A stretch of DNA of 63,249 nt, the filler included, from Octopus bimaculoides (lineage: Eukaryota), in the NCBI RefSeq assembly GCF_001194135.2. It is 6 parts of 6 records of this genome, joined end to end, with 100 filler letters (N's around TTAATTAATTAA, not from the genome) between each part and the next. Parts side by side here need not be neighbours in the genome. Positions count along the whole stretch, not along the records: positions 50,935 to 58,309 come from NC_068983.1; positions 58,410 to 61,945 come from NC_068993.1; positions 62,046 to 63,249 come from NW_026302746.1; 3 more parts are not named here. The stretch is one strand, 5' to 3'. Numbering within the stretch: the stretch's first letter is position 1; each line of letters opens with the position of its first letter. Of this stretch, positions 50,835 through 63,249 are shown piece by piece. Below the pieces are notes generated by a model. The model was given only the letters and a program-made list of their open reading frames with translations. It was not told where the DNA came from and searched no databases. The position numbers and the translations under genes are program-made.

Positions 50835-50934
50835 NNNNNNNNNNNNNNNNNNNNNNNNNNNNNNNNNNNNNNNNNNNNTTAATTAATTAANNNNNNNNNN
50901 NNNNNNNNNNNNNNNNNNNNNNNNNNNNNNNNNN
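50835..50934. other. Artificial assembly spacer
   Basis: TTAATTAATTAA at 50879-50890 in N run. Confidence 0.95.
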
Positions 50935-52439
50935 TATATATAAGTTTTTATATAAGTATATGTGTATGCATGTGGGTGTTGACTTCGCATATGTCTATGT
51001 TTGTGTGCGTATGTGTGTGTATGTCTGTGTGTGTGTGTGTGTGTGTGTGCGTGTATGTCACTGTGTGTGTATGTGTGTGTGTATAAATTGTTGGCCAAAG
51101 ACTGTATTAATTTTAGAGATAATAGAAATGTCTTCATCTTGTCTCTTTCTCCCCTTTCGCTCACTCCCCCAGCCCTTCCCTTATAAGGCATTATAATATA
51201 GGATAATAGCCAACTGTGAAGACGTATTCGAGAATTCCCAGCCATATTTTATCACCTCTGTTAAAATAAACTGTGTCTACTTACATCCGTCTATGTTAGA
51301 ATTTTAATATCAATGCTGGGTTCAGTCACCCTTCCCTTTATAGTGCCAGCACATCGTGTCTATAGGATGATCAGTTTATTGCTTTATATAGAAGTAAAAT
51401 TTGAAATCAATATATGATGCATTTCAACACATCTCGCTGCATAAAATGATAAGTTTATTCAGCCGGCTGTGAATTGCGTACAAACTGTCCAGTAAATACT
51501 TAGGAATTCAACTTTCATTCATGCTATGCAAATTGTCAATTTCAGAGATGAAAGTCGTCAAGCTCTGAATTGGTTTTAGATAGGGCTCTGGCTAACCATC
51601 TTGTGTTGGTGACTAGTTTTCCCTTTGAGATTACCAAAATTCTACGTATATCATTCGACATGTTAGCAGAAAGATTTTAAACGGCAAGTTCAATACGTAC
51701 ATAAATGGCAACTTGAATACGTACATAAATGAAAATCATTAATAACCTGCTTCCTGTGTTAGCTTTGAAATAAGATTCATACTATCTACTAGCTATTTTC
51801 ACAGATAGTTTTACTGTTAAATTAGAACGGCATTTTCAACGATGATTAACAAATCATAGAGCAATATTATAACTGCACAATAGTCAGCGTGTATCTCGGA
51901 AAATTTGCTACTGTGACATTTAATATAGGTTACGTATCACATTTTAATGGTGAGTTGCATGCGCATTTCAAAAGTAGTTGATTGTCGTGTCAATATAAAA
52001 GCAGTCGCATAATAATGACTGTTGCGAAATAGTTCTGTCAGACGTTTCATGAAGTTAAAATAGAATATAAAGTGTGATAGGAGATTCTCACATACAAAAC
52101 TTCGCAACATGCCATATGTTGCTCAGGAACTGGGGCAAGGTGTGTCGCATTCTATGCTATGTTAGAGGGTTCATTCCTAATGCGTTGAAGGATTTCAAAC
52201 ACGTCAAAAACAAGGGTTTTACCATTTGCAACTAATATCTCACTAACGGAAATGTTTATTAATTTTGTGTGTGAACCGGCTGAATTGTACAAATTACCAT
52301 CAGAGTAGATCTTGCCGGAGGACAAACGATACTAATTGATAGGGGTGAGCAGAAAGATTATCAATCTCATGGTCATTCAGGACCAAATAGGGGCTTTTTT
52401 CAAAATCCCATCGTAACTGCAGAGAATCTTGGATTTGGC

Positions 52440-52800
52440 CATTCAACGGTTCGTCAACACCAGCGCTACAAAATAAGTTATCATCTTTGGTTTCAAGACG
52501 AAAGGTTTTCTTCCATCGGGATAATGCTCGGCCACATACAGTGAGGATGGCATTCTAAGGGCTGGAGCATTTTTAATGGGAAGCGATTCCCGACCCACCA
52601 TATTCGCTGGACATTGCCCCATTTGATTGTCATTTATTCTGCAGTCTTTAAATGCATTTGGACGGGAAAAAATATGAATTCTGTAGACGAATCAGAACAG
52701 TGCTGGAGAAGTATTTGTCGTCAGGGGCAAGTGAAGTTTGGAGGAGGGCCCAAATCTTCCAGATTGATGTAAGAGCATTGTAGAAAATGAAGTAGAGTAG
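52440..52800 (+). pseudogene. Mariner transposase C-terminal remnant
   Basis: FHRDNARPHT and PDPPYSLDIAPFDCHLF (cf. HDNARPH, HPPYSPDLAPSDYHLF). Confidence 0.85.
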
Positions 52801-53996
52801 NNNNNNNNNNNNNNNNNNNNNNNNNNNNNNNNNNNNNNNNNNNNNNNNNNNNNNNNNNNNNNNNNNNNNNNNNNNNNNNNNNNNNNNNNNNNNNNNNNNN
52901 NNNNNNNNNNNNNNNNNNNNNNNNNNNNNNNNNNNNNNNNNNNNNNNNNNNNNNNNNNNNNNNNNNNNNNNNNNNNNNNNNNNNNNNNNNNNNNNNNNNN
53001 NNNNNNNNNNNNNNNNNNNNNNNNNNNNNNNNNNNNNNNNNNNNNNNNTATATATATATGCATATATGTATGTATGTATGTATGTGTGCATGTTTGTATG
53101 AATATATGCATGTATGCATGATTGGAGGAACGTATGTATGTTCGTATGAATGTATGTATGTGTGCATTATTATATAAAATTACGCATAACACACTCGCAC
53201 ACATATATATTATTTCTATGCATTATTTACCGTATTTCTCTTCGAAGTGGAAGAATTTTGTTTTAGAACTTTTCCACCACATTTCTCAGAATTCACTATT
53301 TATTTCACTTTGTCAAACTTATGTGATGAATCATATGTATTTGTTTGATAACCATACTTATTTAATTACAAAAGGGACAGCCCACATATAAATGATTTGA
53401 TCCTAGGAATAAGGCACAGACTACACAAAGATGTATATTCATTCTGCTCCTTCTTTGTAATCTATTCATGTAGGAAAGTATTTTTGAATATAACCTTCGG
53501 TGATGAACCATTCATTATTTGTTTTAAAAGCAATTACAGCAGAAGTGTTAATTAGAAGTTTCTGATAATTGTTTTGTAGCATGTTTTCCTTTTTTTATCA
53601 CTGAATCGAATTGTTAAATATTTGTGTGTACACTGCTGGCAGATATAATTATCCTTAACGCTCACCACTATCGCTTATCTAAATTCAATACTAAGTTTAA
53701 TTTGAAACGTAGCTGTTAGGCCATGTTTCCCTGAACATTTGATATAATAACCGATTTTGACATTGGTACCATGAATAGTATCTTGCGGAAGTAACTCTAT
53801 ATGACTTCCGTTACTACGCTATACTCCAAATAAATTTCGCATTTTATTCTAGTGGATTCCCCTTTACTTGAAGATTGCATAACACTAGACAAATTATGCA
53901 ATGCCATTTCATTTTGTGTCTCAAATATTGTTCTCTCACTATCAAAAACTTCCTCACTCCTCTATGTCTCACTTCCTCTCACTCTCTCTCTTTTTT

Positions 53997-54031
<35 letters not shown>

Positions 54032-54134
54032 TTCTCCCTCTCTCTTCCGACCTCTGTCTTTCTCTCTCTCTGTGATTACAGCAATGGGAGTAATCTCAAA
54101 TTGGTACATATTAACAGAGACAAATATTATATCA

Positions 54135-54343
54135 TCTTCTCTAGGCACAAGACCCGAAACATATGGGGGAGGGTAGCAGTGGATTAGATCATCCCAGTAC
54201 ACAACTGGTACTTAATTTATCGATTCCGAAAGGCTGAAAGGCAAAGTCGACCTCAGCGGAATTTGAACTCAGAACTTAAAGACAGACGAAATACCGTTAA
54301 GCATTTTGCCCGACTTGCTAAAGTTTCTGCCAGCTCGCCGCCT
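54135..54343 (-). mobile_element. SINE family B, near full length
   Basis: gaaaggcaaagtcgacctcagcggaatttgaactcagaac...ccagctcgccgcctt. Confidence 0.9.
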
Positions 54344-56329
54344 TGAGAAATATTATATTAGAACAAGAAAACTAAACTAGTTAATACTAGGCAGAAATTA
54401 TCCTCAACTCAATCAGAATAAAAGGCAACATATGAAGTGAGAAAAATACAATAATAAAAGATTGTATTCTACGTAAAAATCATCATACATACATAGATGT
54501 ATGTATGTATGCATGCATGCATGCATATATACACACATACATACGTTCTTCCGCGTTTTTATGTTGTGAGTTTCGAACCCAACGAGGTTAATTTTGTCTC
54601 TCGTCAGTTTGCAATCGATAGAGTACCAATCAATTATTGGTCTGAATGTAATCGACCGGCCCTTTTTCCTATGAAATGTCGGTCTTTACTTGTTCTTTAC
54701 ATTTAAATGTAGATCCACCCTGATGATAGGAAATATTCCGAGAAGATATATGAAACGGGAGAAAGAAAAAAACTACTGATAGGAAATACACCCAAAGTTA
54801 ATCTGTTTAACTACGAAACCGCTTCAGTTTGATTTATTTTTCTTAGGAAAATATAGCTATTCCTCATAAAAATATTGCCATTAGAGAGATAGAAAATAAT
54901 GTTTACAAACAGCTGGCATTATTGCAAATCCCTTTTGCATCCCGACATCGTAAACGATTCGACAAAGATGAATGTGTTATATTGTCTGCTTGAGAACCAT
55001 AGATGAATGTATCATATAGTCCGCTTTGAAAGCATAGATTTTAAATTTTTTGTCGGTCTTTCTAAGATCGTGACGCACAATAGGATATTCATAAGAGATT
55101 AACGAAAAAGCCAACCTCTCTCATGATGAAAGATAATGGAGAGCACATTGAATCATGATATTAATTACTGAACACTTCATACATTCTGATCATACTCTAA
55201 CATCTTGACAGAAATCTAGATCAGGGCGATGAACGAATAACGTCGCTATCGGACAAGACATTTCCTAGCAAACCAATATAATTCACATTTCTACCTCCAG
55301 TCGACAGATATTATATCTCCAAGTGAGGAAGAAAAACATTACGGATAAAGAAAGCCACTTTGCGATAAGATCTTAATCATTTTAGTTATGATCTGGAACG
55401 CAAAGATAGTTCAACCAGTATGGATCGTGCTAAACAACGACTGGAATAAAACAAAGGTAAAGAAAAAAAGCACTATTTTCCCCGCAGCATTGCCTATAAA
55501 CTATATAATGGAAAGGTATCTGGAAGAGCCCTAACAGTGGGATACTAGTAGAAGAAAGTGAGCTAAAAGTGGAAAGCAATGTGTATATTCAAGCGAAATC
55601 TGAAAGGATAGGCTGGCATACGAAAGTAGTTTACTATAGCACATATGAACTATATAGCCACGAACGAAACAACCGAGCTGGCAGAAAAGTTATAGGGGCA
55701 TTGCTTATCTACGCATTATGCAGAAACCTTACACTAGCAGTCTCAGCCAATTCCTGCAGGATCATATGAGTTCCAGAACATAGGGAATGATGAGCAGGAA
55801 GGTGGAAAGAAAGGGGTAAGGTATTTTTCCGAACGACTTTTTATAAACAAAAGGATCTATCCGATGAAATCCCTTCTGTCATATTGGGTCAGTATGGATT
55901 GGTTACAGAATAGCATTACTACATACTCCCCACTTATAGTTGCAAAACGTCTTTGCAGTGAACGTTCTTATATTTGCTGCCATTGAGAACTATTTGCTGC
56001 TATTGAGAAATGCTTCACAATTACACCTGAGAGTAAAATCATAATCTCACTTGTTATACAAATTTCAAAGACAATATTAAAGGGACATAGTTTTTCGTGT
56101 AATCATATATATTTGGCATACAAATTTCCACTGGCTGTATGCCAGGAACAGCATCTGCTGAAGATACCGATGTAAATCATATTGTCTTTAAGGAGGACGT
56201 GATCATCTGTGCTAAAAAGGTGTACAGCATCAGAATATAAGTCTTTTTACTGACACTTATGACAGAGAAAGGAATGGAATTTGATCAAAAGAAAAGTTCA
56301 TATGTGTTGAACGTGCAAAACCAGCTGTC

Positions 56330-57010
56330 AATCTCTCCAGTTCCACCCAAGGAATGCTAAAATAGTCAATGTCTTTAACATATCTCGTGACAGGTTTGAG
56401 AATTATTTGCAAAATGAACTTTCTATGACAAAGATATCTGGTAGATGGGTTCTACGTCTCTTGACACCTAATCAAACGCGCACCAGTCTGATCACATCGT
56501 TGGGAAACTTGATATTCTTGAATGTTTCATAGCCCAGCAAAAGCACTGAATTCTTTACTTTGAACCAGAGACAAAATACAATCCATGCAACTGCTCATAA
56601 GAAAGCCAAGGTTGTTTTGCTTGCAGGAAATGTTGATGGCCAACTTTCTGAGACATTATGGAAGGATATCGACATGACACGCCCAGGGAAACTGACGAAC
56701 GGGATCTTATTTCATTAGAGTAATACTCCAGCACACACGTTCTGGATGTCATTGGTTGCTTTGGGTGGCTGTGACTTTGAAATGATTGACCACCATCCCT
56801 ATCCACTTCATTTGACCTCATCTGACTATCATTTATTCTCCAACACGAAAAGGACACTTGACTGGGAACCCGTATTACAGTGATGATGACGTCATATATG
56901 TTATTGGTGATTTTTTGAATAACAGAATGAAAGCTTCTTCACCAATTGGATTCAAGCATGGCAACACAAATGGAAAAATTGTGTCATCCGCAAGCGAGAC
57001 TAAGTGTTAA
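56330..57010 (+). pseudogene. Mariner transposase remnant
   Basis: KISGRWVLRLLT (WVP motif), YFEPETK, HPYPLHLTSSDYHLF; many stops and indels. Confidence 0.8.
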
Positions 57011-57300
57011 TCTAGAGAACCAAAGTTTTGTATTAAAAAATCACCAAGCTAATACACAAATTGCAAACACAATCTTTACGCGGACCCATAAAAATATGTA
57101 AGACTTTTCTCAAGCTAAGCATTTGTTTTCGGTATCTACATTCCAACAATTCAGTTTTGCATGTTTGTTAGAAACAAACAATTTCTTTAAAAGAATTCAA
57201 ATATATAAATATAGAAGAGGACATACATGCCAATACCTACCTACACATTATACATACATACACAAATACATACAAACATATACATAAACATATATGTGCA

Positions 57301-57369
<69 letters not shown>

Positions 57370-57595
57370 GTATGTATCATGTGTTTGTACGAATACAAAC
57401 ACATTTACATGCATATTTATATATATAGCCGTAACCTGGAACATAACTGAGCGTCACCCGGTATCCGCCCGCTGGATGATATACCTCTATAACTCACATT
57501 TATACACCCACACACACATACACAAACATACACATGCACAAATACACGCACGCATATATATATATAAAGAGAGTGAGAGACAGAGAGATAAATAA

Positions 57596-57628
<33 letters not shown>

Positions 57629-57635
57629 GAGATAT

Positions 57636-58309
57636 GTTTCTTTATTAGCCACACAGGGCTCAACATAGAGGGGACAAAATACAAATGTAGAGTTTTTCTT
57701 TTCGAGGGGGGCGAAAACATAGCAGAAAAAAAAAGTGGGGACAACGATGAAAAAAAAACAAAAAAACATCGCAAAACGTTTGGGGTATTTACAAAAAATA
57801 CAAAATAATACAGAAAATTCCCAATAAATGGGGAGGTTATCCGTGGAAAGAAAAACCTACGAAAAGACCACGGTAACCTCGGTCCTTAGTGTCACAAATT
57901 GTTAAATAAAATTTCTTTTATTTATGCAAGAAACGTGAGTAGCTCTCTGTTTACATAATTTAAAACGTTTTATAGAATCATGGTCAAGGTGGCTTCGTCA
58001 TTTATACGTGCCATTCTTGCTACATGTATCCATCTTTTTTCGAAACATTTACTAGACAACACTTGCCTCTCTACTCTCACCTTCCTTTTCGAGTGATACT
58101 TGAAAAAGTTGATGAGAGATTGACCAGAGAGGAAAGTGTTTGTCTCTAATCCTTTCAGACGCGTCCACCAGATGCATTCTTTCGCCATAGCCACAAGTAC
58201 AATAAATACAGCTCTTCCTTCCCGTTTAAAGGAAGGAGGCGTGACGATATTGACGATAGACTCGGTTGATAAACCGACTCGTCCCACACGTGACAGCAGT
58301 CGTTCGACA
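57636..58309 (-). mobile_element. Tx1-clade LINE 3' end (ORF2 C-terminus + 3' UTR)
   Basis: AMAKECIWWTRL...CFEKRW..., stop at 57970; UTR ends AATAAAGAAA then (TATC)n on the element strand. Confidence 0.7.
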
Positions 58310-58409
58310 NNNNNNNNNNNNNNNNNNNNNNNNNNNNNNNNNNNNNNNNNNNNTTAATTAATTAANNNNNNNNNNNNNNNNNNNNNNNNNNNNNNNNNNN
58401 NNNNNNNNN
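58310..58409. other. Artificial assembly spacer
   Basis: TTAATTAATTAA at 58354-58365 in N run. Confidence 0.9.
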
Positions 58410-58427
58410 TAATAATAATAATAATGG

Positions 58428-58458
<31 letters not shown>

Positions 58459-58459
58459 A

Positions 58460-58497
<38 letters not shown>

Positions 58498-58529
58498 AGA
58501 TCAGAATATTTGTGAATAGAAATAAGCAG

Positions 58530-59937
58530 TTGTTTTCATTTTACGTTTGGCAAGGACCGGACAGTCAGAGATGATGTGGCCAATTGTCTCAACGAGCTGA
58601 TTGCACATTCTGCACTTGGTGTTAGAGCCCGTTTTCAATATTTCACTTTTATAAGGCGGCGAGCAGGCAGAAACGTTAGCACGCCGGACGAATTGCTTAG
58701 CGGTATTTCGTCTGTTTTTACGTTTTGACTTCAAATTCCGCCGAGGTCGACTTTGCCTTTCATCCTTTCGAGGTCGATAAATTAAGTACCAGTTACATAC
58801 TGGGATCAAATTTCGGGCCTTGCATCTAGAGTAGAAAATATTATTTTGCTTTTATAGTTGTTCGTAGTCAGACATTGGTCGCGTACAGCGAGAATCAGTC
58901 CTTCCGTTTCAGCTTTTAGTCCAGAGTTTTTGTGCCATTATTGGCATTTACTTAGGCTCTCTTCTTCTCTTTCAAACATTGCAAGGTATTGATCATGGAG
59001 TGATTTTTCTCTTCATTTGTTCTTTAGTATGTTTTTGACCATTTCTGTTATGTTGTCCTCTATGGTCATTGATATACTATATCAATGTATTTTTTTCCGT
59101 ACTATATTTTGTTGCTTCCTTGTGAATACAGAAAATCGTTTTCTTTTTCTCGTGTTGCTTTATTACATGTAGTAGTCTTCCACTTTTTGTTTCTAAGTAT
59201 TTTTCTAGTCGAAGTGTCGTTATTTCTAGTCGAAGTGTCGTTATTTCTAGTCGAAGTGTCGTTATTTCACGGCCTCTTTTTGAGTGGGGTAAATATAGTG
59301 TCTGCGTCTGCTTAGAGGTGGTAACTTCGGTATGCTGTTAATAGTTTCCTGACTTTTGTACATAAGTTGCTCAATCCACTGATTTTCTTGTTTATTATGT
59401 TGAAACTGTAATTTATTATTGGTATGGCTAGCGTGTTTATCCCTATTATCTTACTTTTAGCATTGGGTGTAGTGTTTAATATTACTCTGTAATACTCACT
59501 CTAATAATACTCTGTAATACTCGCTCCTAATTTTCTCTTTTATTTCTGTGTTGTACTTTAGCTGTTTTGTCTATTGTTAGATATTTGTGTAGGCGATTGT
59601 AGTCTAATTCTCTGATTTCTGTGTCATTGTCGAGTGCAATATTTTCAGTACTTATAAATTTTCCCCTCCTCAGTGTCTCTTTGGCATATTTGTCCAGTCC
59701 CATGCTCATCTCGACGTCCTTGCTGAAACTATGGACAATTTTTAGAAGGTTTCTCTGTTTCGTGACATTTTTAGTGAAAATTCTAAAATCATCCACACAT
59801 GAGGTGGTTTATTGTTTGTTCATAGCATCTATAAACCAATGATGATTTCATTTAACAAGCTTATTAATGGGGTCAGAGAAAGGCAGAAAGGCAGGGGTGA
59901 CAGCAAATTTCCCTGGAAAATCCCACTTCTTATGGGT

Positions 59938-59940
<3 letters not shown>
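58530..59940 (-). mobile_element. R4/Dong-clade LINE (RT to CCHC finger), 5'-truncated at (AAT)n
   Basis: GIFQGNLLSPLPFCL, MDDFRI, GINTLAIPIINYSF, SGLKAETEG, CRMCNQLVETIGHIISDCPVLA. Confidence 0.88.
58653..58825 (+). mobile_element. SINE family B nested in the R4/Dong element
   Basis: aaggcggcgagcaggcagaaacgttagc...gtcgataaattaagtaccag splits the LINE ORF. Confidence 0.9.

Positions 59941-60008
<68 letters not shown>
59941..60008. repeat. (TTA)n microsatellite between two R4/Dong copies
   Basis: Perfect array. Confidence 0.95.
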
Positions 60009-60009
<1 letters not shown>

Positions 60010-60400
60010 GTAACATAGTGAAGGTAAAAATACACCGGAGTCTTTAGTTATCTGTAAAGTCACAACAAGGACCTCAGGTAGATAATGCTTTCCTTAAGAT
60101 GTGCTCTGTGCCCAATAAGACTGCTTTTTGCAAGACATCAATCTTGCATTTTTACCTTAAACCTTGTAACAAGCCCCACATTCCCATGTGGTGGATGTGG
60201 GAGCCTTGGTACTAAATAATATTTTTTGCAACTTTTCAGTAACAATCCATCATTATGAGGTTCCATATATTCAACCGTAATCTCCTCTACCAGTGCACAG
60301 TCAACATCTCAATATATCATATCATTTACCCTATGTACTACGACACCAGACTGTTGCCAGGCATATAGCACACCAGCTGTGTTGGTCTTGCTGCTTTATT
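60009..60400 (-). mobile_element. R4/Dong-clade LINE 3' end
   Basis: LQKAVLLGTEHILRKALST*, short UTR, then (AAT)n. Confidence 0.75.
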
Positions 60401-60944
60401 TTTCATGCTAAATATTAGAGATACGATTCCACATGTCCAGTATCAGGAGAAGGACACTAAATAACGTTATCAATAATAATTATAATTACCATCATCATAT
60501 AAACAAAGAGTAAACACTAAGCAACACAATTTAAGAACGTTCTCGAGTTTCAAAAATCAAAATGAAATTGGGTGATGTTAAAAAGAAACGAAATACAAAA
60601 TATATAAAAACATAATCTCTCTCATATCAGCACATTATTGGATTTGTTTTGTATTCTTTTTCTACATTGGTAACATGTAGAAATAATAATATGTTGGTAA
60701 CATTAACTGCTAAGAGATAATTGATTCTAGATGGAAAATATGATCGATGTACGGAAAACAAGAGATATGAATGAGTTATATTTCATGCTAGCTAAATCTT
60801 TAAAAAAATGCTACCATCACTAAGACTACCGTCGTTAGCACTACCACCATCACATCTACAAAAATCATATTAATTGATAATGATCATTTTTATTATACAC
60901 ACAATACTACCAACAACAACAACAACAACAATAATAATTCTTTT

Positions 60945-61080
60945 TGCTATAAACACAAGACATGAAATTTCGTCGAGAGTAGCTAGTCGATTACATCGCC
61001 CCATGTGCTTAACTGGTATATATTTTATGAACACCCAAAGGATTACAGGCAAAGTCGACTTCGGTGGAATTTGAATTCCA
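60945..61080 (-). mobile_element. SINE family B, head truncated by the 535-bp element
   Basis: gtcgattacatcgcccc...ggcaaagtcgacttcggtggaatttgaa. Confidence 0.75.
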
Positions 61081-61086
61081 GCATTT

Positions 61087-61616
61087 AGTACCAGGCAGTG
61101 GCTTTCATGGCTTTTGATCTTAATTGATTAGAAATATTATCACGTACATTGTTTTGTCTTGGTATAAAAGATGGGCTACAGCAAATATTCTGCTCAATAC
61201 CACAGATTTGCTTGTCAGTTGCTTGACCTAACCCGTTGAGCATGTCTTTTAGTAACTGACTGTATATGCATCTCTGATCACGAGCAGCAGTGGAGTAGCA
61301 TCATAGCCATGTGTTGAGACAAATTCTTTGGGGTTTAAATAATTCATCTCTGGAGGTGTGAATGTTTTGTTCATCATCCTTAAAACAAGCAATATTCAGC
61401 AGGATGGGCTACTCGACCTGAAGAAAATTCTAACTGGGTCCCACCTGCAACGTCATGCGCCGTTTATCTTGGTATGAGTTCACCATGTCCCGCATATATA
61501 GTTGTGATGCATGTGCCTGGTGTACCCTTATCAGACGGACAGTCCTGATGTGTATATTGGGCTTCATACATTTGTAACTCAATGTCACTTAGATGGCAGG
61601 CGCTGCTCTCTCACTC
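61087..61616 (+). mobile_element. About 535-bp non-autonomous retroposon, copy 3
   Basis: agtaccaggcagtggc...ctgctctctcactc followed by (AAT)n 61617-61800. Confidence 0.85.
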
Positions 61617-61631
61617 AGTAATAATAAAATG

Positions 61632-61701
<70 letters not shown>

Positions 61702-61712
61702 TGATGATGATG

Positions 61713-61800
<88 letters not shown>

Positions 61801-61945
61801 GACCTGGAAATAGAGGTAACTCGAATGTGGAATCTAAAAACAGAAACAATTCCTATCATAGTAGGTGCCTTAGGTATAATAAAAAAAATACTCAGACAAA
61901 TACATAACAAAAACACCAGGACTTACAAATATATATAACATACTG
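61801..61945 (+). mobile_element. R4/Dong REL endonuclease C-terminal fragment
   Basis: DLEIEVTRMWNLKTETIPIIVGALGIIKKY; starts exactly at the end of (AAT)n. Confidence 0.8.
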
Positions 61946-62045
61946 NNNNNNNNNNNNNNNNNNNNNNNNNNNNNNNNNNNNNNNNNNNNTTAATTAATTA
62001 ANNNNNNNNNNNNNNNNNNNNNNNNNNNNNNNNNNNNNNNNNNNN
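61946..62045. other. Artificial assembly spacer
   Basis: TTAATTAATTAA at 61990-62001 in N run. Confidence 0.95.
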
Positions 62046-62547
62046 TACATATATATATCCTAACATTTTCTTTACTTAGACACTTTTCTAACTCCCTCTT
62101 TTTCTTTTCGTTCCCACCCTCTCTCTTTCTCTCCCTCTTTCCCTTCTCTCCTTTTTCTCTCTGTCTCTCTCTCTCGTTTCTTCCTGTGTTCCTCGAGGTA
62201 TATATTATATTCGTACATACACACAAACTATCACAAACACCTTGATAACATTTATACCCGGCACCTAAGTCGAAAACGGTGCAGTTGATACCACTTTTTC
62301 CCTACATCCGTTTCATAGTTGTGATTATTTGCATCCTCTGCAAATAATGTAACTGAATAATGGTGCAGAGATGAAAATAGCTGGTTGCAAATGCAGCTTC
62401 ATATTCTGTATGCAGCAGAAACACGTGTCAGTTGTATAAATCCATTATGACGCAAAAATTAAAAATAAAATGAAAAAATTCTAAACATATGAAACCGTAC
62501 CAATCTCTATATTTTTTGAAATTGTTATATATATATATATATATATA

Positions 62548-62903
62548 GATATGCAGGGCAGGGAATCGTCAATTAGTAATAAAATTAATAATTAACAATT
62601 TTGCCGGGTAGCTCAGTATGAAAAATACCGTTATTAACGTGAGTTATTTAGACATTAACAAATTTATTAGAATATTTAGCTGAAGATCAGAATAGAGTAT
62701 TCTTTACTCTTAACTGTGAAACGATCGTACTAAATTAACTAAAGGCAAGTGGTTTTTTTACTCTTCTCTACTGTTTTTTGTTCTGTGTATCAAAAATATC
62801 GCTATCAATTTAGAGTAATAATTTGTAGTTTTGGAATCAGTAGTTCTTTGGCTGCTATTTCTGAATTCTCAGTATGTTGGAGAAGCAGGTTACTGTCAAT
62901 CCC
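62548..62903 (+). mobile_element. About 356-bp non-coding Penelope-type/retrozyme-like element flanked by TA repeats
   Basis: (TA)n at 62525-62547, TA-rich tract from 62904; internal hammerhead. Confidence 0.55.
62674..62735 (+). ncRNA. Type I hammerhead ribozyme with palindromic stem III
   Basis: Stem I AUUUAG/CUAAAU, CUGAAGA 62680-62686, bipartite stem II, GAAA 62718-62721, ACGAUCGU, GUA site with A17 at 62729. Confidence 0.8.
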
Positions 62904-63199
62904 TATATATTTATGATTATATATGTATATATATATATATATATCGATCATATAATGTTAAACTGCTGTATGTCCAAATTTGGCCAAATGCGGTTGTTTG
63001 TTTTTTTTCAATATTTATTTTTAGTTGCAATAGCCGGTTCTCTTGGTCAAACTATCGTATCACCAGCTGCTTCAGATGCCAAGATATCAAAATTTGTCTA
63101 AGTGTAGTACAACGGTTCTGCTATGGAATGGTGAAACTATTTTGTTGTTTTCTTAAAAAGCAACGTTTTGTACTTACGACACTTTTGCATAATTGCAAC

Positions 63200-63231
<32 letters not shown>

Positions 63232-63249
63232 TATTATATTTATCTTATG

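Noticed and set aside
54950-55770. Possible ancient LINE RT remnant
   Set aside because: Only an LDRNL-like word is visible; too decayed to support a call.

Overview
AT-rich eukaryotic (animal) genomic DNA, almost entirely repeats. The SINE families, the dense di-/tri-/tetranucleotide microsatellites and the draft-assembly gaps look like a coleoid cephalopod, most likely Octopus; this is recognition from memory, not a database search. Five identical 100-bp spacers (44 N + TTAATTAATTAA + 44 N) split the window into six blocks whose adjacency is not guaranteed. Most ORF-track entries are microsatellite or N artefacts. Recognisable coding remnants are all decayed transposons: a MULE transposase, two mariners, Helitron N-terminal repeats and PIF1-type helicase, two RTE, two Tx1 and four R4/Dong-like LINE pieces, and Penelope RT and GIY-YIG pieces. 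Host-gene evidence is limited to a few candidate exons (best: +8319-8465 and -23676-23762); no gene could be named. No CRISPR, rRNA or genuine tRNA gene was found. Highlights: (1) three clear type I hammerhead ribozyme folds with palindromic or near-palindromic stem III in (TA)n-anchored Penelope-type elements; (2) retrotransposon families that each abut a different microsatellite class, including a fixed-length ~535-bp (TAA)n-associated non-autonomous element; (3) a 51-bp fold-back, fully paired as RNA, fused to a MULE transposase remnant. SINE and LINE boundaries are approximate (tens of bp).
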